Below, piece by piece: positions 46,478 to 56,625 of a stretch of DNA of 64,000 nucleotides. This DNA comes from a phage. A program made the translations under genes and the position numbers. The notes beneath the pieces were generated by a model that had not been told where the DNA came from, did not search any database, and was given only the letters and a program-made list of their open reading frames with translations. Positions within the stretch are counted from its first letter, which is position 1, and each line of letters begins with the position of its first letter. The stretch lies in the sequence record PZ154897.1; one strand, 5' to 3'.

Positions 46478-47143
46478 TTAAAATTTCATTTTTCGACCTT
46501 TAAACCATCCTTCTGGAATTGGGTCAGTTTTCTTAATACGTTTAGAAACTTTTTCATCTAATGAATGAATCCACATCATACCAAATTGGGAATTCTTTTC
46601 GCCCTGTTGGTGTTTATTTCTGGCGTGAGATTCTTTCATTTTATTAATAGTTTCAGGAGTATGGGTCTTACCCAAGAAAGATTTAATATTTAAAAATTTC
46701 TCTCTATACTTAGGATTATCCCAAAGCTGTTTAAACCTTTCTGAACCCATTTTACGATATTTTTCTTTAAGGTCTGGGTCGTTCTCAAATCTGGTTTTAA
46801 AAGCAGCAGCCCCTTTTAAGGAAGCTTCTTTCTTTTTATCCAAATATTCTTTAGTGTTTAAATGGTCCCAACCACCTTCACCACCTAATTTCAAATTATA
46901 AACATCAGGGCGCTTTAAAAACTCTTCAGTCACAATATTCTTTTCTGACTCAAACATAGAGGTTTTATCGTCAAAGAACTCTAATATTTCTTTAGAGAAA
47001 TTTTCTATACCATACTTGTCTTGGGCTCTTTTTAATAATTTACCAGAACCCATATATCCATCATCTAAATTTTCGGTAGAATGAGCGCCTATATAGATTT
47101 TATTATTAATTTTATTTGTTATTTTATAAGTGTAATGGAACAT
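46478..47143 (-). CDS. segB: GIY-YIG homing endonuclease in the tRNA cluster (segB-like)
   Basis: 221 aa; YTYKITNKINNKIYIGAHST...YNLKLGGEGG; paralog of 17840..18670; sits between tRNA subclusters as T4 segB does. Confidence 0.8.
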   Translation of the reverse strand: MFHYTYKITNKINNKIYIGAHSTENLDDGYMGSGKLLKRAQDKYGIENFSKEILEFFDDKTSMFESEKNIVTEEFLKRPDVYNLKLGGEGGWDHLNTKEYLDKKKEASLKGAAAFKTRFENDPDLKEKYRKMGSERFKQLWDNPKYREKFLNIKSFLGKTHTPETINKMKESHARNKHQQGEKNSQFGMMWIHSLDEKVSKRIKKTDPIPEGWFKGRKMKF

Positions 47144-47184
47144 AAATATCTCCTATTTCTAAGAGTATTTATGTTCCCAAAATA

Positions 47185-47256
47185 TGGCCCTGGGTGGAAT
47201 TGAACCACCATCTGGCGATTATGAGTCGCTTGCTTGAACCTTCCAGCTACAGGGCC
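47185..47256 (-). tRNA. tRNA-Ile (anticodon CAU, AUA-decoding type)
   Basis: hand-folded; anticodon loop CUCAUAA; T-arm GGTGG-TTCAATT-CCACC; acceptor GGCCCTG/CAGGGCC. Confidence 0.75.
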
Positions 47257-47263
47257 TTGATAT

Positions 47264-47335
47264 GCTGATTGACGGAATCGAACCGCCGACATCCTCATTA
47301 CAAGTGAGGTGCTCTACCTACTGAGCTAAATCAGC
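47264..47335 (-). tRNA. tRNA-Thr (anticodon UGU)
   Basis: hand-folded; anticodon arm CCTCA-CTTGTAA-TGAGG; acceptor GCTGATT/AATCAGC. Confidence 0.8.
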
Positions 47336-47342
47336 GAAATTA

Positions 47343-47429
47343 CGGAGGCGATAGGATTTGAACCTATGAGTCACCGGAGCGACTGCCGGTTTTCAAGACC
47401 GGTGCATTAAACCACTCTGCCACGCCTCC
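47343..47429 (-). tRNA. tRNA-Ser (anticodon UGA), long variable arm
   Basis: hand-folded; anticodon arm CCGGT-CTTGAAA-ACCGG; acceptor GGAGGCG/CGCCTCC; 87 nt. Confidence 0.8.
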
Positions 47430-47431
47430 AG

Positions 47432-47505
47432 TCTCCGCGGCAGGATTTGAACCTGTGACATTCTGCTCCCAAAGCAGACGCTCTACCAAACTGAGCTACA
47501 CGGAG
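47432..47505 (-). tRNA. tRNA-Pro (anticodon UGG)
   Basis: hand-folded; anticodon arm TCTGC-TTTGGGA-GCAGA; 2-nt spacer to tRNA-Ser (dimeric precursor arrangement). Confidence 0.8.
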
Positions 47506-47517
47506 TAAATTAAATTT

Positions 47518-47589
<72 letters not shown>

Positions 47590-47595
47590 AAACTT

Positions 47596-47682
47596 TGGTA
47601 CGAGAAGTGGGACTCGAACCCACAAGGAAATCATTCCGCAGCATTTTAAGTGCTGTGCCTTTACCAATTTGACCATTCTCGC
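47596..47682 (-). tRNA. tRNA-Leu (anticodon UAA), long variable arm, CCA encoded
   Basis: hand-folded; anticodon arm CAGCA-CTTAAAA-TGCTG; T-arm GTGGG-TTCGAGT-CCCAC. Confidence 0.8.
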
Positions 47683-47683
47683 G

Positions 47684-47755
47684 CGGGGAATAAAGGACTC
47701 GAACCTTTGCATCTAGCAGTCAAAGTGCTATGCCTTACCAACTTGGCTAATTCCC
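47684..47755 (-). tRNA. tRNA-Gln (anticodon UUG)
   Basis: hand-folded; anticodon arm TAGCA-CTTTGAC-TGCTA; T-arm AAAGG-TTCGAGT-CCTTT; weak 1:72 pair. Confidence 0.75.
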
Positions 47756-47853
47756 AATTATTAACAAAGGCTCTCTAACAAGAACCCTTGATGATAGAGG
47801 GTATTAATCAGTGCGATATGAGTTAATAATAACAAATAATTCTTAAAGCATAT

Positions 47854-48141
47854 TTACCATTTATGATAATACATATTTACGATGCATTCAAGACCCAAAG
47901 AATTCTTGAAAATATCATATTCAAGAGGACCTTTTTCTGTTTCAATAAAGAAATCAAAGTTAACTGTGTTAAATTTACGGTCTTCCTTCACTAATTTAAC
48001 TTGAGAAGATGAACGGTCAACATAAACCTTTTCAACTTCAAAACATGTTAAAACGCCATAATCATCAATCAAGGCTTTAGCTGCTTCTTGATCATATTTA
48101 TATCCATTTTCAATGGATGATACTTTCGCATAAAGAATCAT
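47854..48141 (-). CDS. hypothetical protein
   Basis: 95-aa ORF upstream of tRNA cluster. Confidence 0.45.
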   Translation of the reverse strand: MILYAKVSSIENGYKYDQEAAKALIDDYGVLTCFEVEKVYVDRSSSQVKLVKEDRKFNTVNFDFFIETEKGPLEYDIFKNSLGLECIVNMYYHKW

Positions 48142-48143
48142 TA

Positions 48144-48527
48144 TCAGCCTTCATCAACAATAGTATGAGTATTGGCATTTACAATTTGCCACCAATCAAA
48201 GCGGTTGGAACCATAATCTGGTTTGTTTTCATTTTCTTTGATAATGTCACGGAGTTCATCTTCAGTGGCGGCTTTCGCGATTAAATCAGCATATCCACCA
48301 CGAGGATAATAATTATCACCTGCAAAAAGTAAAAAATTTGGTTTAATATTATTAAACTCTTCAAGAGTAATAACTTTTCCTGATGGTAGTTGAACAATCT
48401 CTACATATTTATATCCTAATTTTTGAGCAGCATCTACTGCTTCAAGCAAAGTATCATGAGCCCATCCAATTTGACAACCTGGCTTTTCAGATGGATTAGC
48501 CTGATAATCCGCGTACACTTTATACAT
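48144..48527 (-). CDS. hypothetical protein
   Basis: ORF trimmed to internal Met (MYKVYADYQANPSEKPGCQIGWAHD...). Confidence 0.45.
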   Translation of the reverse strand: MYKVYADYQANPSEKPGCQIGWAHDTLLEAVDAAQKLGYKYVEIVQLPSGKVITLEEFNNIKPNFLLFAGDNYYPRGGYADLIAKAATEDELRDIIKENENKPDYGSNRFDWWQIVNANTHTIVDEG

Positions 48528-48528
48528 T

Positions 48529-48714
48529 CTATTCACCTTTAGAAATTTTATCCATAACAATAGCGATTAAACCAATTAAAAATGCTACTACAAGTGAAAA
48601 CACATTTTCTGCTGTAGTTAATAATCCACATATAAATCCAACAAACATTGAAAAACTAAAAGCAGAAGCAGAAATTGCAATAGCAACATTTCGAATTAAT
48701 TCACATCGTTTCAT
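48529..48714 (-). CDS. small two-TM membrane protein
   Basis: 61 aa; VAIAISASAFSFSMFVGFICGLL and FSLVVAFLIGLIAIV. Confidence 0.45.
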   Translation of the reverse strand: MKRCELIRNVAIAISASAFSFSMFVGFICGLLTTAENVFSLVVAFLIGLIAIVMDKISKGE

Positions 48715-48737
48715 TTTATTCTCCTCAGTAATTGATA

Positions 48738-48772
48738 GGGTAATAGTATCACACTACTACCCAGAAGTAAAC
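48738..48772 (-). promoter_or_regulatory. early-type promoter, cassette copy 1 of 3 (TGATACTATTACC)
   Basis: minus-strand GTTTAC (48767-48772) and TGATACTATTACCC (48738-48751). Confidence 0.5.
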
Positions 48773-48775
48773 AAC

Positions 48776-49000
48776 TTATTCCGCTCCAGCAGCTTTCAAA
48801 AGCTTTTTAAGATTAACAGTGCCACGAGCAGAAAACGTGACTTTACCATCCTTTTCACTAATAGAGCCAGTTAACTTAGAAAGTTTATCGCTAGGAATTT
48901 TTTTAAAATCACTTAATGTACCATCAAAAGTTTTCGTAACAATTGGTAGTTCATCTTCATGTCTTTTAGCTTCATTGATAAATTCTTGATATGTTTTCAT
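48776..49000 (-). CDS. internal-protein-like ORF with capsid-targeting leader MKTYQEFINEA
   Basis: 74 aa from Met5 of the ORF-track product; leader matches the T4 IP consensus MKTYQEFIAE. Confidence 0.55.
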   Translation of the reverse strand: MKTYQEFINEAKRHEDELPIVTKTFDGTLSDFKKIPSDKLSKLTGSISEKDGKVTFSARGTVNLKKLLKAAGAE

Positions 49001-49030
49001 TTTGATTTCCATTTAGTTTTGTTTTGATAG

Positions 49031-49064
49031 GGTAATAGTATCACAACTAAACCACCGTGTAAAC
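49031..49064 (-). promoter_or_regulatory. early-type promoter, cassette copy 2 of 3
   Basis: minus-strand GTTTAC (49059-49064) and TGATACTATTACC (49031-49043). Confidence 0.5.
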
Positions 49065-49067
49065 AAT

Positions 49068-49340
49068 TTATTTTAAATAAATTGCATATTTTTTATAACC
49101 AGCCGTCTCGTGACGCAGACCTTTTTCATTAGCAAAGCGTTCAATATTATTAATTTGATTCTGATCAAGTTCTGAAATATCAAATACAAAAAAGTTTCGT
49201 TTATTTCCTAACGTTACATGATTCGTCAAATCAATGTTATAAAGATGATTTATATTATCAATCATAGTCTTAACAGATTTGCTAATTTTTACTTCTTCAT
49301 TAAGAGCAGATTCAACGATAAACTCTTTGAAAGTTTTCAT
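49068..49340 (-). CDS. internal-protein-like ORF with capsid-targeting leader MKTFKEFIVE
   Basis: 90-aa ORF; N-terminus fits the IP leader pattern. Confidence 0.5.
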   Translation of the reverse strand: MKTFKEFIVESALNEEVKISKSVKTMIDNINHLYNIDLTNHVTLGNKRNFFVFDISELDQNQINNIERFANEKGLRHETAGYKKYAIYLK

Positions 49341-49366
49341 TTTATTTTCCTAATTAATTTTGATGA

Positions 49367-49400
49367 GGTAATAGTATCACAACTAAAACCCCGTGTAAAC
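49367..49400 (-). promoter_or_regulatory. early-type promoter, cassette copy 3 of 3
   Basis: minus-strand GTTTAC (49395-49400) and TGATACTATTACC (49367-49379); shared upstream TTTTCACAAAGTTGTTTAC. Confidence 0.5.
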
Positions 49401-49412
49401 AACTTTGTGAAA

Positions 49413-50109
<697 letters not shown>

Positions 50110-50110
<1 letters not shown>

Positions 50111-50823
50111 TATAGTACCTTTAGTGTATTTTTAATTTTAGAAAAAAGTTCTTCAAGAGAACCATCGTTTGTAATTACTAAATCGCCATCACGAATTGGC
50201 AATCCAGCTTCTGTAATATGTGTATCATTGGATTTTTGACCAGGACGAACTACATGAATTACTGTAGCACCCATCGCCCTAGCCGCATCCATTTCATGAT
50301 CTTGACGAGTATCAGGAACGATATAATAATCATAACCTGAGTTAAATTTATCAAGATAATCTAAAGCAAATAATTTTACCCAATACATGCGGTCGAAGTT
50401 ATTAACAATCAAATCCGTACCTAGGGCTTGCATCAGACGACGGACTGACCATTGATCTTCAATATTATTTATAACGTCAGCAATCTTGTTAAATGCTACG
50501 AAATTAACTGCGTCATCAAAAACAAACACACCTTTAATTGGGCTTTTACTATTAAGATAGCAAAATGCTTGTTCCATAATCGTGATTACTTCTGATTTAG
50601 TCAGATTTAAATTAGTCTCACGATCATAGTCAATTCCTTCAAACTCTCTACGAGTTAAGCAAGGATAGTCAGTGTTTGCTGCAAATACACCCCATGCATA
50701 AGCCAATGCATCTTTAATAGGACCAGCAAGTTGATATTTAACTGCAGAATAATTATTCATGATAAAATCTGCAGTAGTATCTTTTCCACTACGCTTTACA
50801 CCACTTAAAAAGATTAGTTTCAT
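50110..50823 (-). CDS. 1: deoxynucleoside monophosphate kinase gp1
   Basis: 237 aa; MKLIFLSGVKRSGKDTTADFIM P-loop. Confidence 0.95.
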
Positions 50824-50872
50824 ATGTTTCTCCTCAAATTTAGTTAAGATTATAACACATGAAACTTAAGCA

Positions 50873-51403
50873 TTAAACTTCTGCTATAATTTTGCCATCT
50901 TTTTCTACTTGAAAATACGTATAAGGAATCGTTGCTGTGCATACTAAAGCTGGGTCTGAATCTTCTGTGTAGCTAAATTCTACTTCAGACAGGTCAGAAA
51001 CCCAAGGCTTATAAAAGTTTATTGACATCACGATTTCAGTTTTACTATTATCTAAAATGTAAAGCGTAATGTATTCAGGACCTGTTTTTTGGGCAGTATT
51101 TTCGCCTGTAAGATAGTTACTAGTTCCTAGCATCCATTCATACATTCCTATCCACGACTTAAGTTCTTCATCAACTATAAATCTCACAATGAGTGGGTCG
51201 TACTCAAATGTAACTCCTGGACGTTGTGCTCGGCCCAGTCCAAACGGCCCAGTCACAGTATCAGTAACAGGTATTCTAATTCCTGGAATAGGAACTGACT
51301 GAGCATTTAAAGTAAAAGCAGATGTAGTATTACTATGTGGTATTGATACTACAAAGTTAGTTGTATTTGCTTGGTTAAAAATTTGTTGCAGAGCTTGCGA
51401 CAT
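50873..51403 (-). CDS. 3: tail sheath stabiliser/tail completion protein gp3
   Basis: 176 aa from MSQALQQIFNQANTTNFVVSIPHSNTT (ORF-track extension trimmed; GAGGA SD). Confidence 0.9.
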   Translation of the reverse strand: MSQALQQIFNQANTTNFVVSIPHSNTTSAFTLNAQSVPIPGIRIPVTDTVTGPFGLGRAQRPGVTFEYDPLIVRFIVDEELKSWIGMYEWMLGTSNYLTGENTAQKTGPEYITLYILDNSKTEIVMSINFYKPWVSDLSEVEFSYTEDSDPALVCTATIPYTYFQVEKDGKIIAEV

Positions 51404-51509
51404 ATATTCCTCATAATGCTTTATAAATGTTGGTGGTATAATGGGTCTAAGTCCCTTCCATTCAATTCCAATTAGAACAAACAATAGAAAAGAATGGAAG
51501 ATAATAGAA

Positions 51510-52169
51510 TTAATTTATTAGACTTCTTAAACGAGCAGAAGTCATAAATGGAAATTTTTCTAAAGTTGGCTTTCGCCAATATCTTGGATGACAAGTTGAT
51601 TTAAAATCAAGAACAATTTTCTTTGCTTCATCAATAGTGCTAACTCCAAAGTTATCTAACATTATTTTCTTTTCTTTTTCCCACCGTTTATTAGCTAAAG
51701 CAGATTGAAGCTTTTTGTTTTTAAATGTATCATTTTTTCTAGAATGAGTTGTGCCTTGTGTCGGACTCCATCCTCTTCCTAAAATAAATCCCTCAGGAAT
51801 TATATCTCCATCATGCAATTTTATACATCTTTTACCATTATTATAATATTTTCGTCCAGTTTGTGTATTTGAAATATTATTTGCATGTTTTCTTTTTAAC
51901 CAACCATAAACTTTATTATTTCTCCTAACATATTTAGTTGAAACCGTCATTTTTATGGCCGCATAAGATAATTTTAAAGAATTTGGGTGTATTTTTACTA
52001 ATAGTTGATGTGCAACATAATGCTCTTCTGGAGTTAAATCAACCAAGTTAGAAGCATCATTACTACCGCCTAAACATTTCGGAATAATATGATGTCTTTC
52101 TTTATATCCAGTAAGGGCTCTATTGCGAGCCCTATCAATTAGTGAATTATAAATTTTTTCATAATTCAT
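51510..52169 (-). CDS. HNH homing endonuclease (mob-type) between genes 3 and 2
   Basis: 219 aa from [10 protein letters not shown]; [35 protein letters not shown] nearly identical to motif in 6925..7641; ATGA overlap with gene 2 stop. Confidence 0.8.
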   Translation of the reverse strand: MNYEKIYNSLIDRARNRALTGYKERHHIIPKCLGGSNDASNLVDLTPEEHYVAHQLLVKIHPNSLKLSYAAIKMTVSTKYVRRNNKVYGWLKRKHANNISNTQTGRKYYNNGKRCIKLHDGDIIPEGFILGRGWSPTQGTTHSRKNDTFKNKKLQSALANKRWEKEKKIMLDNFGVSTIDEAKKIVLDFKSTCHPRYWRKPTLEKFPFMTSARLRSLIN

Positions 52170-52993
52170 CGTACATTGCTCCAAACTTTGTTTGCAGAGA
52201 AACGTTTTCCTTTGGAGTAGAAGCTTTGGAGTGGCATCAACACAACGTTCGCCCAGTCTTTCGGGGCGATTTCAACAAGGCTACCCATAATATTACCAGG
52301 TATATATGCCTTAATCATTTGGTCTGCACCCCTAAATCCTTTCACTTGACTCCAATCAATTTTTAATTTCGTTTTATTAGTAATAGTAGGTGTATTTGAA
52401 TATTGCTTTAAAAGCTCTTCTAGAAATTGCTGACGAGCTTTAGGTGGAATATAGTGCAAGTTCAATCCATACATTAAATTATGTTTACCTAAACCGAGGT
52501 AAATTATCAAAGGAAATTTATCCCAATAAGGAAGAGTTTCCTTGTGTTTAGCATCATAAGCAAAAGCATATATTCGTCCCGGCTGCGGGCGAACAACTTT
52601 ATGTCCTTTTACTTGCTTAATAGTTTCAGCAAACCACTTTCTGGTTTTATTATTAATTGCTGCGCCTTCATTACGAATTTTATCACGCAATGTTTGTCTG
52701 AATGAATTTATCATAAGCAGTTGTCTTTCTTGCTTATTGAGTTTATTCATTGGTTTTGATTCAAGCTTTTGAATCTTTTCAGCCGTTTTAATTCCTGAAG
52801 CATATTTTGACATTGCCGAAGTAAACGTAGAGTATTTGATTCCTCTTTCTTCAGCAAATTGCTTTCCTGTCATTCCTTTTGCTTTGGCCTTTTTGTATTC
52901 AAGACCTATCTGAATCCATTTCTTTTCATTTAATGATTGCTTAACCTTTGGAACTTGGGGAGTGCTTTCATTAATTATTTGAAAAATAGCCAT
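52166..52993 (-). CDS. 2: DNA end-protector protein gp2
   Basis: 275-aa ORF; position between 3 and 4; size as T4 gp2. Confidence 0.85.
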   Translation of the reverse strand: MAIFQIINESTPQVPKVKQSLNEKKWIQIGLEYKKAKAKGMTGKQFAEERGIKYSTFTSAMSKYASGIKTAEKIQKLESKPMNKLNKQERQLLMINSFRQTLRDKIRNEGAAINNKTRKWFAETIKQVKGHKVVRPQPGRIYAFAYDAKHKETLPYWDKFPLIIYLGLGKHNLMYGLNLHYIPPKARQQFLEELLKQYSNTPTITNKTKLKIDWSQVKGFRGADQMIKAYIPGNIMGSLVEIAPKDWANVVLMPLQSFYSKGKRFSANKVWSNVR

Positions 52994-53445
52994 TATGCCC
53001 CCTTAAAGCCAAGAGCTCTTAATCCATCTTCTGTTAGAATTCTAAATTTTATTCCACGCTTTTCAGCTAAAGCCTGCGCTGCTTTCCATTTGTCAGTATT
53101 AACAGAATATGTATAAATTTCATTCATAAATCTTTTCTTCGCTGCAGTTGTTAGATGTGCTGGTTTAACTGGTGGTTGTGTTTCTTTTTTAGGTTTTATT
53201 TCAATAAAAAATTCTTGTCCAGAAGAATCTTTCATCCAAATATCCATGAAGTATCTACGTTTTTTCCCTTCTGCATTACAAAAATAAGGAATTACTGCTG
53301 TTTCACTACCCCATGCAATAATTTCTGGATTTTTATCTAACCATTCAAAAAAGAATTTTTCCCAATTTGATCTATACGTAATTTTTTTAGGGTCACCTCT
53401 ATATTTTGATATATTTTTAGGAACCCATTTTCCAGAATATGCCAT
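52993..53445 (-). CDS. 4: head completion protein gp4
   Basis: 150-aa ORF; divergent from gene 53 with late promoter upstream. Confidence 0.85.
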   Translation of the reverse strand: MAYSGKWVPKNISKYRGDPKKITYRSNWEKFFFEWLDKNPEIIAWGSETAVIPYFCNAEGKKRRYFMDIWMKDSSGQEFFIEIKPKKETQPPVKPAHLTTAAKKRFMNEIYTYSVNTDKWKAAQALAEKRGIKFRILTEDGLRALGFKGA

Positions 53446-53456
53446 TGGATTCTCCT

Positions 53457-53464
53457 TATAAATA
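53457..53464 (+). promoter_or_regulatory. late promoter TATAAATA for gene 53
   Basis: exact TATAAATA 29 nt upstream of the gene 53 ATG. Confidence 0.65.
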
Positions 53465-53471
53465 GATAATA

Positions 53472-53479
53472 TATTTATA
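53472..53479 (-). promoter_or_regulatory. late promoter TATAAATA (minus strand) for gene 4
   Basis: tatttata on plus strand 27 nt upstream of the gene 4 start; back-to-back with the plus-strand late promoter. Confidence 0.6.
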
Positions 53480-53492
53480 AACAGGAGGGCCC

Positions 53493-54083
53493 ATGCTCTT
53501 TACATTTTTTGATCCGATTGAATATGCGGCCAAAACGGTGAATAAAAACGCGCCGACTATTCCTATGACAGATATTTTTAGAAACTATAAAGACTATTTC
53601 AAACGTGCTCTTGCGGGATACCGCTTACGTACTTATTATATTAAAGGTTCACCACGCCCGGAAGAATTAGCAAATGCTATATATGGAAATCCGCAGTTGT
53701 ATTGGGTTTTATTGATGTGTAATGATAATTATGATCCGTATTATGGATGGATTACTTCGCAAGAAGCTGCTTATCAAGCATCTATACAAAAATACAAAAA
53801 CGTAGGTGGAGACCAAATAGTATATCATGTGAATGAAAACGGTGAAAAATTTTATAATTTAATATCATACGATGATAATCCATATGTTTGGTATGACAAA
53901 GGCGATAAAGCTAGAAAATATCCTCAATATGAAGGAGCACTTGCTGCGGTCGATACGTATGAAGCTGCTGTTCTTGAAAATGAAAAACTTCGTCAAATAA
54001 AAATAATAGCAAAATCAGACATCAATTCATTTATGAACGACCTTATACGTATAATGGAGAAATCTTATGGAAATGATAAGTAA
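53493..54083 (+). CDS. 53: baseplate wedge protein gp53
   Basis: 196-aa ORF MLFTFFDPIEYAAKTVNKNAPTIPMTDIF... Confidence 0.9.
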   Translation: MLFTFFDPIEYAAKTVNKNAPTIPMTDIFRNYKDYFKRALAGYRLRTYYIKGSPRPEELANAIYGNPQLYWVLLMCNDNYDPYYGWITSQEAAYQASIQKYKNVGGDQIVYHVNENGEKFYNLISYDDNPYVWYDKGDKARKYPQYEGALAAVDTYEAAVLENEKLRQIKIIAKSDINSFMNDLIRIMEKSYGNDK

Positions 54084-55794
54084 TAACCTTAATTGGTTTG
54101 TTGGTGTTGTTGAAGATAGAATGGACCCATTAAAATTAGGTCGTGTTCGTGTTCGTGTAGTTGGTCTGCATCCACCTCAAAGAGCGCAAGGCGACGTAAT
54201 GGGTATTCCAACTGATAAATTACCATGGATGTCAGTTATTCAACCTATAACTTCTGCAGCAATGTCTGGAATTGGAGGCTCCGTTACTGGTCCAGTAGAA
54301 GGAACTAGAGTTTATGGTCATTTTTTAGACAAATGGAAAACTAACGGAATTGTCCTTGGCACTTATGGTGGAATAGTTCGCGAAAAACCGAATAGACTTG
54401 AAGGATTTTCTGACCCGACTGGACAGTATCCTAGACGTCTAGGAAATGATACTAACGTATTAAACCAAGGCGGAGAAGTAGGATATGATTCGTCTTCTAA
54501 TATTATCCAAGATAGCAATCTAGATACTGCGATAAATCCCGATGATAGACCGTTATCAGAAATTCCAACTGATGATAATCCAAATATGTCAATGGCTGAA
54601 ATGCTTCGCCGTGATGAAGGATTAAGACTAAAAGTTTATTGGGATACTGAAGGATATCCGACAATTGGTATTGGTCATCTTATCATGAAGCAACCAGTTC
54701 GTGATATGACCCAAATTAATAAAGTTTTATCAAAACAGGTTGGTCGTGAAATTACCGGAAATCCGGGTTCTATTACAATGGAAGAAGCGGTAACTTTATT
54801 TGAACGTGATTTAGCTGATATGCAACGTGACATTAAATCACATTCTAAAGTTGGCCCAGTTTGGCAGGCAGTTAATCGTTCTCGTCAAATGGCATTAGAA
54901 AATATGGCATTTCAGATGGGTGTTGGCGGTGTAGCTAAATTTAACACAATGTTAACTGCTATGTTAGCCGGAGATTGGGAAAAAGCATATAAAGCTGGTC
55001 GTGATTCATTGTGGTATCAACAAACAAAAGGCCGTGCATCCCGTGTTACCATGATTATTCTTACAGGGAATTTGGAATCATACGGTATTGAAGTGAAAAC
55101 ACCGGCTAGGTCTTTGTCAGCAATGGCTGCTGCTGTAGCAAAGTCTTCTGATCCAGCTGACCCTCCTATTCCGAATGATTCGAGAATTTTATTTAAAGAA
55201 CCTGTTTCTTCATATAAAGGTGAATATCCGTATGTTCACACAATGGAAACTGAAAGCGGTCATATTCAGGAATTTGACGATACCCCGGGACAAGAACGAT
55301 ACAGATTAGTTCATCCGACTGGAACATATGAGGAAGTATCACCGTCAGGAAGAAGAACAAGAAAAACTGTTGATAATTTGTATGATATAACAAATGCTGA
55401 TGGTAATTTTTTAGTAGCCGGCGATAAAAAGACTAACGTCGGTGGATCAGAAATTTATTACAACATGGATAATCGTCTTCACCAAATAGATGGAAGCAAC
55501 ACAATATTTGTGCGTGGCGATGAAACTAAGACAGTTGAAGGTAATGGAACTATCCTAGTCAAAGGTAATGTTACTATTGTAGTTGAAGGTAATGCTGACA
55601 TTACAGTTAAAGGAGATGCTACCACTTTAGTTGAAGGAAATCAGACTAATACAGTAAATGGAAATCTTTCTTGGAAAGTTGCTGGGACAGTTGATTGGGA
55701 CGTTGGTGGCGATTGGACAGAAAAAATGGCATCTATGAGTTCTATTTCATCTGGTCAATACACAATTGATGGATCGAGGATTGACATTGGCTAA
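54067..55794 (+). CDS. 5: baseplate hub/tail lysozyme gp5
   Basis: 575 aa; N-terminal OB domain; lysozyme domain MLRRDEGLRLKVYWDTEGYPTIGIGHLI; C-terminal beta-helix VEGN repeats. Confidence 0.97.
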   Translation: MEMISNNLNWFVGVVEDRMDPLKLGRVRVRVVGLHPPQRAQGDVMGIPTDKLPWMSVIQPITSAAMSGIGGSVTGPVEGTRVYGHFLDKWKTNGIVLGTYGGIVREKPNRLEGFSDPTGQYPRRLGNDTNVLNQGGEVGYDSSSNIIQDSNLDTAINPDDRPLSEIPTDDNPNMSMAEMLRRDEGLRLKVYWDTEGYPTIGIGHLIMKQPVRDMTQINKVLSKQVGREITGNPGSITMEEAVTLFERDLADMQRDIKSHSKVGPVWQAVNRSRQMALENMAFQMGVGGVAKFNTMLTAMLAGDWEKAYKAGRDSLWYQQTKGRASRVTMIILTGNLESYGIEVKTPARSLSAMAAAVAKSSDPADPPIPNDSRILFKEPVSSYKGEYPYVHTMETESGHIQEFDDTPGQERYRLVHPTGTYEEVSPSGRRTRKTVDNLYDITNADGNFLVAGDKKTNVGGSEIYYNMDNRLHQIDGSNTIFVRGDETKTVEGNGTILVKGNVTIVVEGNADITVKGDATTLVEGNQTNTVNGNLSWKVAGTVDWDVGGDWTEKMASMSSISSGQYTIDGSRIDIG

Positions 55795-55804
55795 TATACT
55801 TCCA

Positions 55805-56323
55805 ATGAGCGCTGATTTAGGAGAATCCATGGAAGGTTCTTCTATCGACGTCACCTTTACCGCTCAATTAGAAACAGGTGAAACGTTAGTATCTATAAAT
55901 ATAACTAGTTACGAAGAAACTCCTGGGGTTTTAGTAGAAGAAAATCGTTTATATGGAACGTATGAATCTGTATTTGGATTTGGAAATGATGCGTTGAAAT
56001 ATCGTTTAGATAATGAATTTAAAACTGCTGCTTCATGGGAAGACCTTCCAACTGATTCTAATACTCAGTTATATTTATGGAAAGCTCCTCAAAACCTCCA
56101 GAAGACATTCACTTACGAAGTAACATTAATATATGACTACCAAGAACAAGGTGAATCTGGAGGTTCTGGCAGTAATTCTAGGTCATCTTCTGATACTACT
56201 GAACCAACGAATCCTCCAGCTCCAATAAGAAAAACTCTTGTTAAAAATTATACAAAAACTATAGTTGGAAATTGGAGTCGTTGGGCTAATAAATTGAGAA
56301 GCTATGTGTATGAGAGGCCATAA
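55805..56323 (+). CDS. 5.1: baseplate-associated protein gp5.1
   Basis: ORF trimmed to ATG after gp5 stop (MSADLGESMEG...). Confidence 0.6.
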   Translation: MSADLGESMEGSSIDVTFTAQLETGETLVSINITSYEETPGVLVEENRLYGTYESVFGFGNDALKYRLDNEFKTAASWEDLPTDSNTQLYLWKAPQNLQKTFTYEVTLIYDYQEQGESGGSGSNSRSSSDTTEPTNPPAPIRKTLVKNYTKTIVGNWSRWANKLRSYVYERP

Positions 56324-56617
56324 ATGTCAGGATTAAGTTACGATAAGTGTGTTACTGCTGGCCATGAAGCATGGCCTCCAACAGTTGTGAATGCCACACA
56401 AAGTAAAGTATTCACTGGAGGAATTGCTGTTCTCGTAGCAGGTGATCCAATTATAGAACATACAGAAATTAAAAAGCCATATGAAACACATGGCGGAGTG
56501 ACACAACCTAGAACTTCTAAGGTATATGTCACTGGAAAGAAAGCTGTTCAAATGGCTGATCCAATATCATGCGGTGATACTGTGGCTCAGGCATCATCTA
56601 AAGTATTCATTAAATAG
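56324..56617 (+). CDS. 5.4: PAAR-like spike-tip protein gp5.4
   Basis: 97 aa; small Gly/Val-rich PAAR-type fold signature. Confidence 0.8.
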   Translation: MSGLSYDKCVTAGHEAWPPTVVNATQSKVFTGGIAVLVAGDPIIEHTEIKKPYETHGGVTQPRTSKVYVTGKKAVQMADPISCGDTVAQASSKVFIK

Positions 56618-56625
56618 GATTTAAA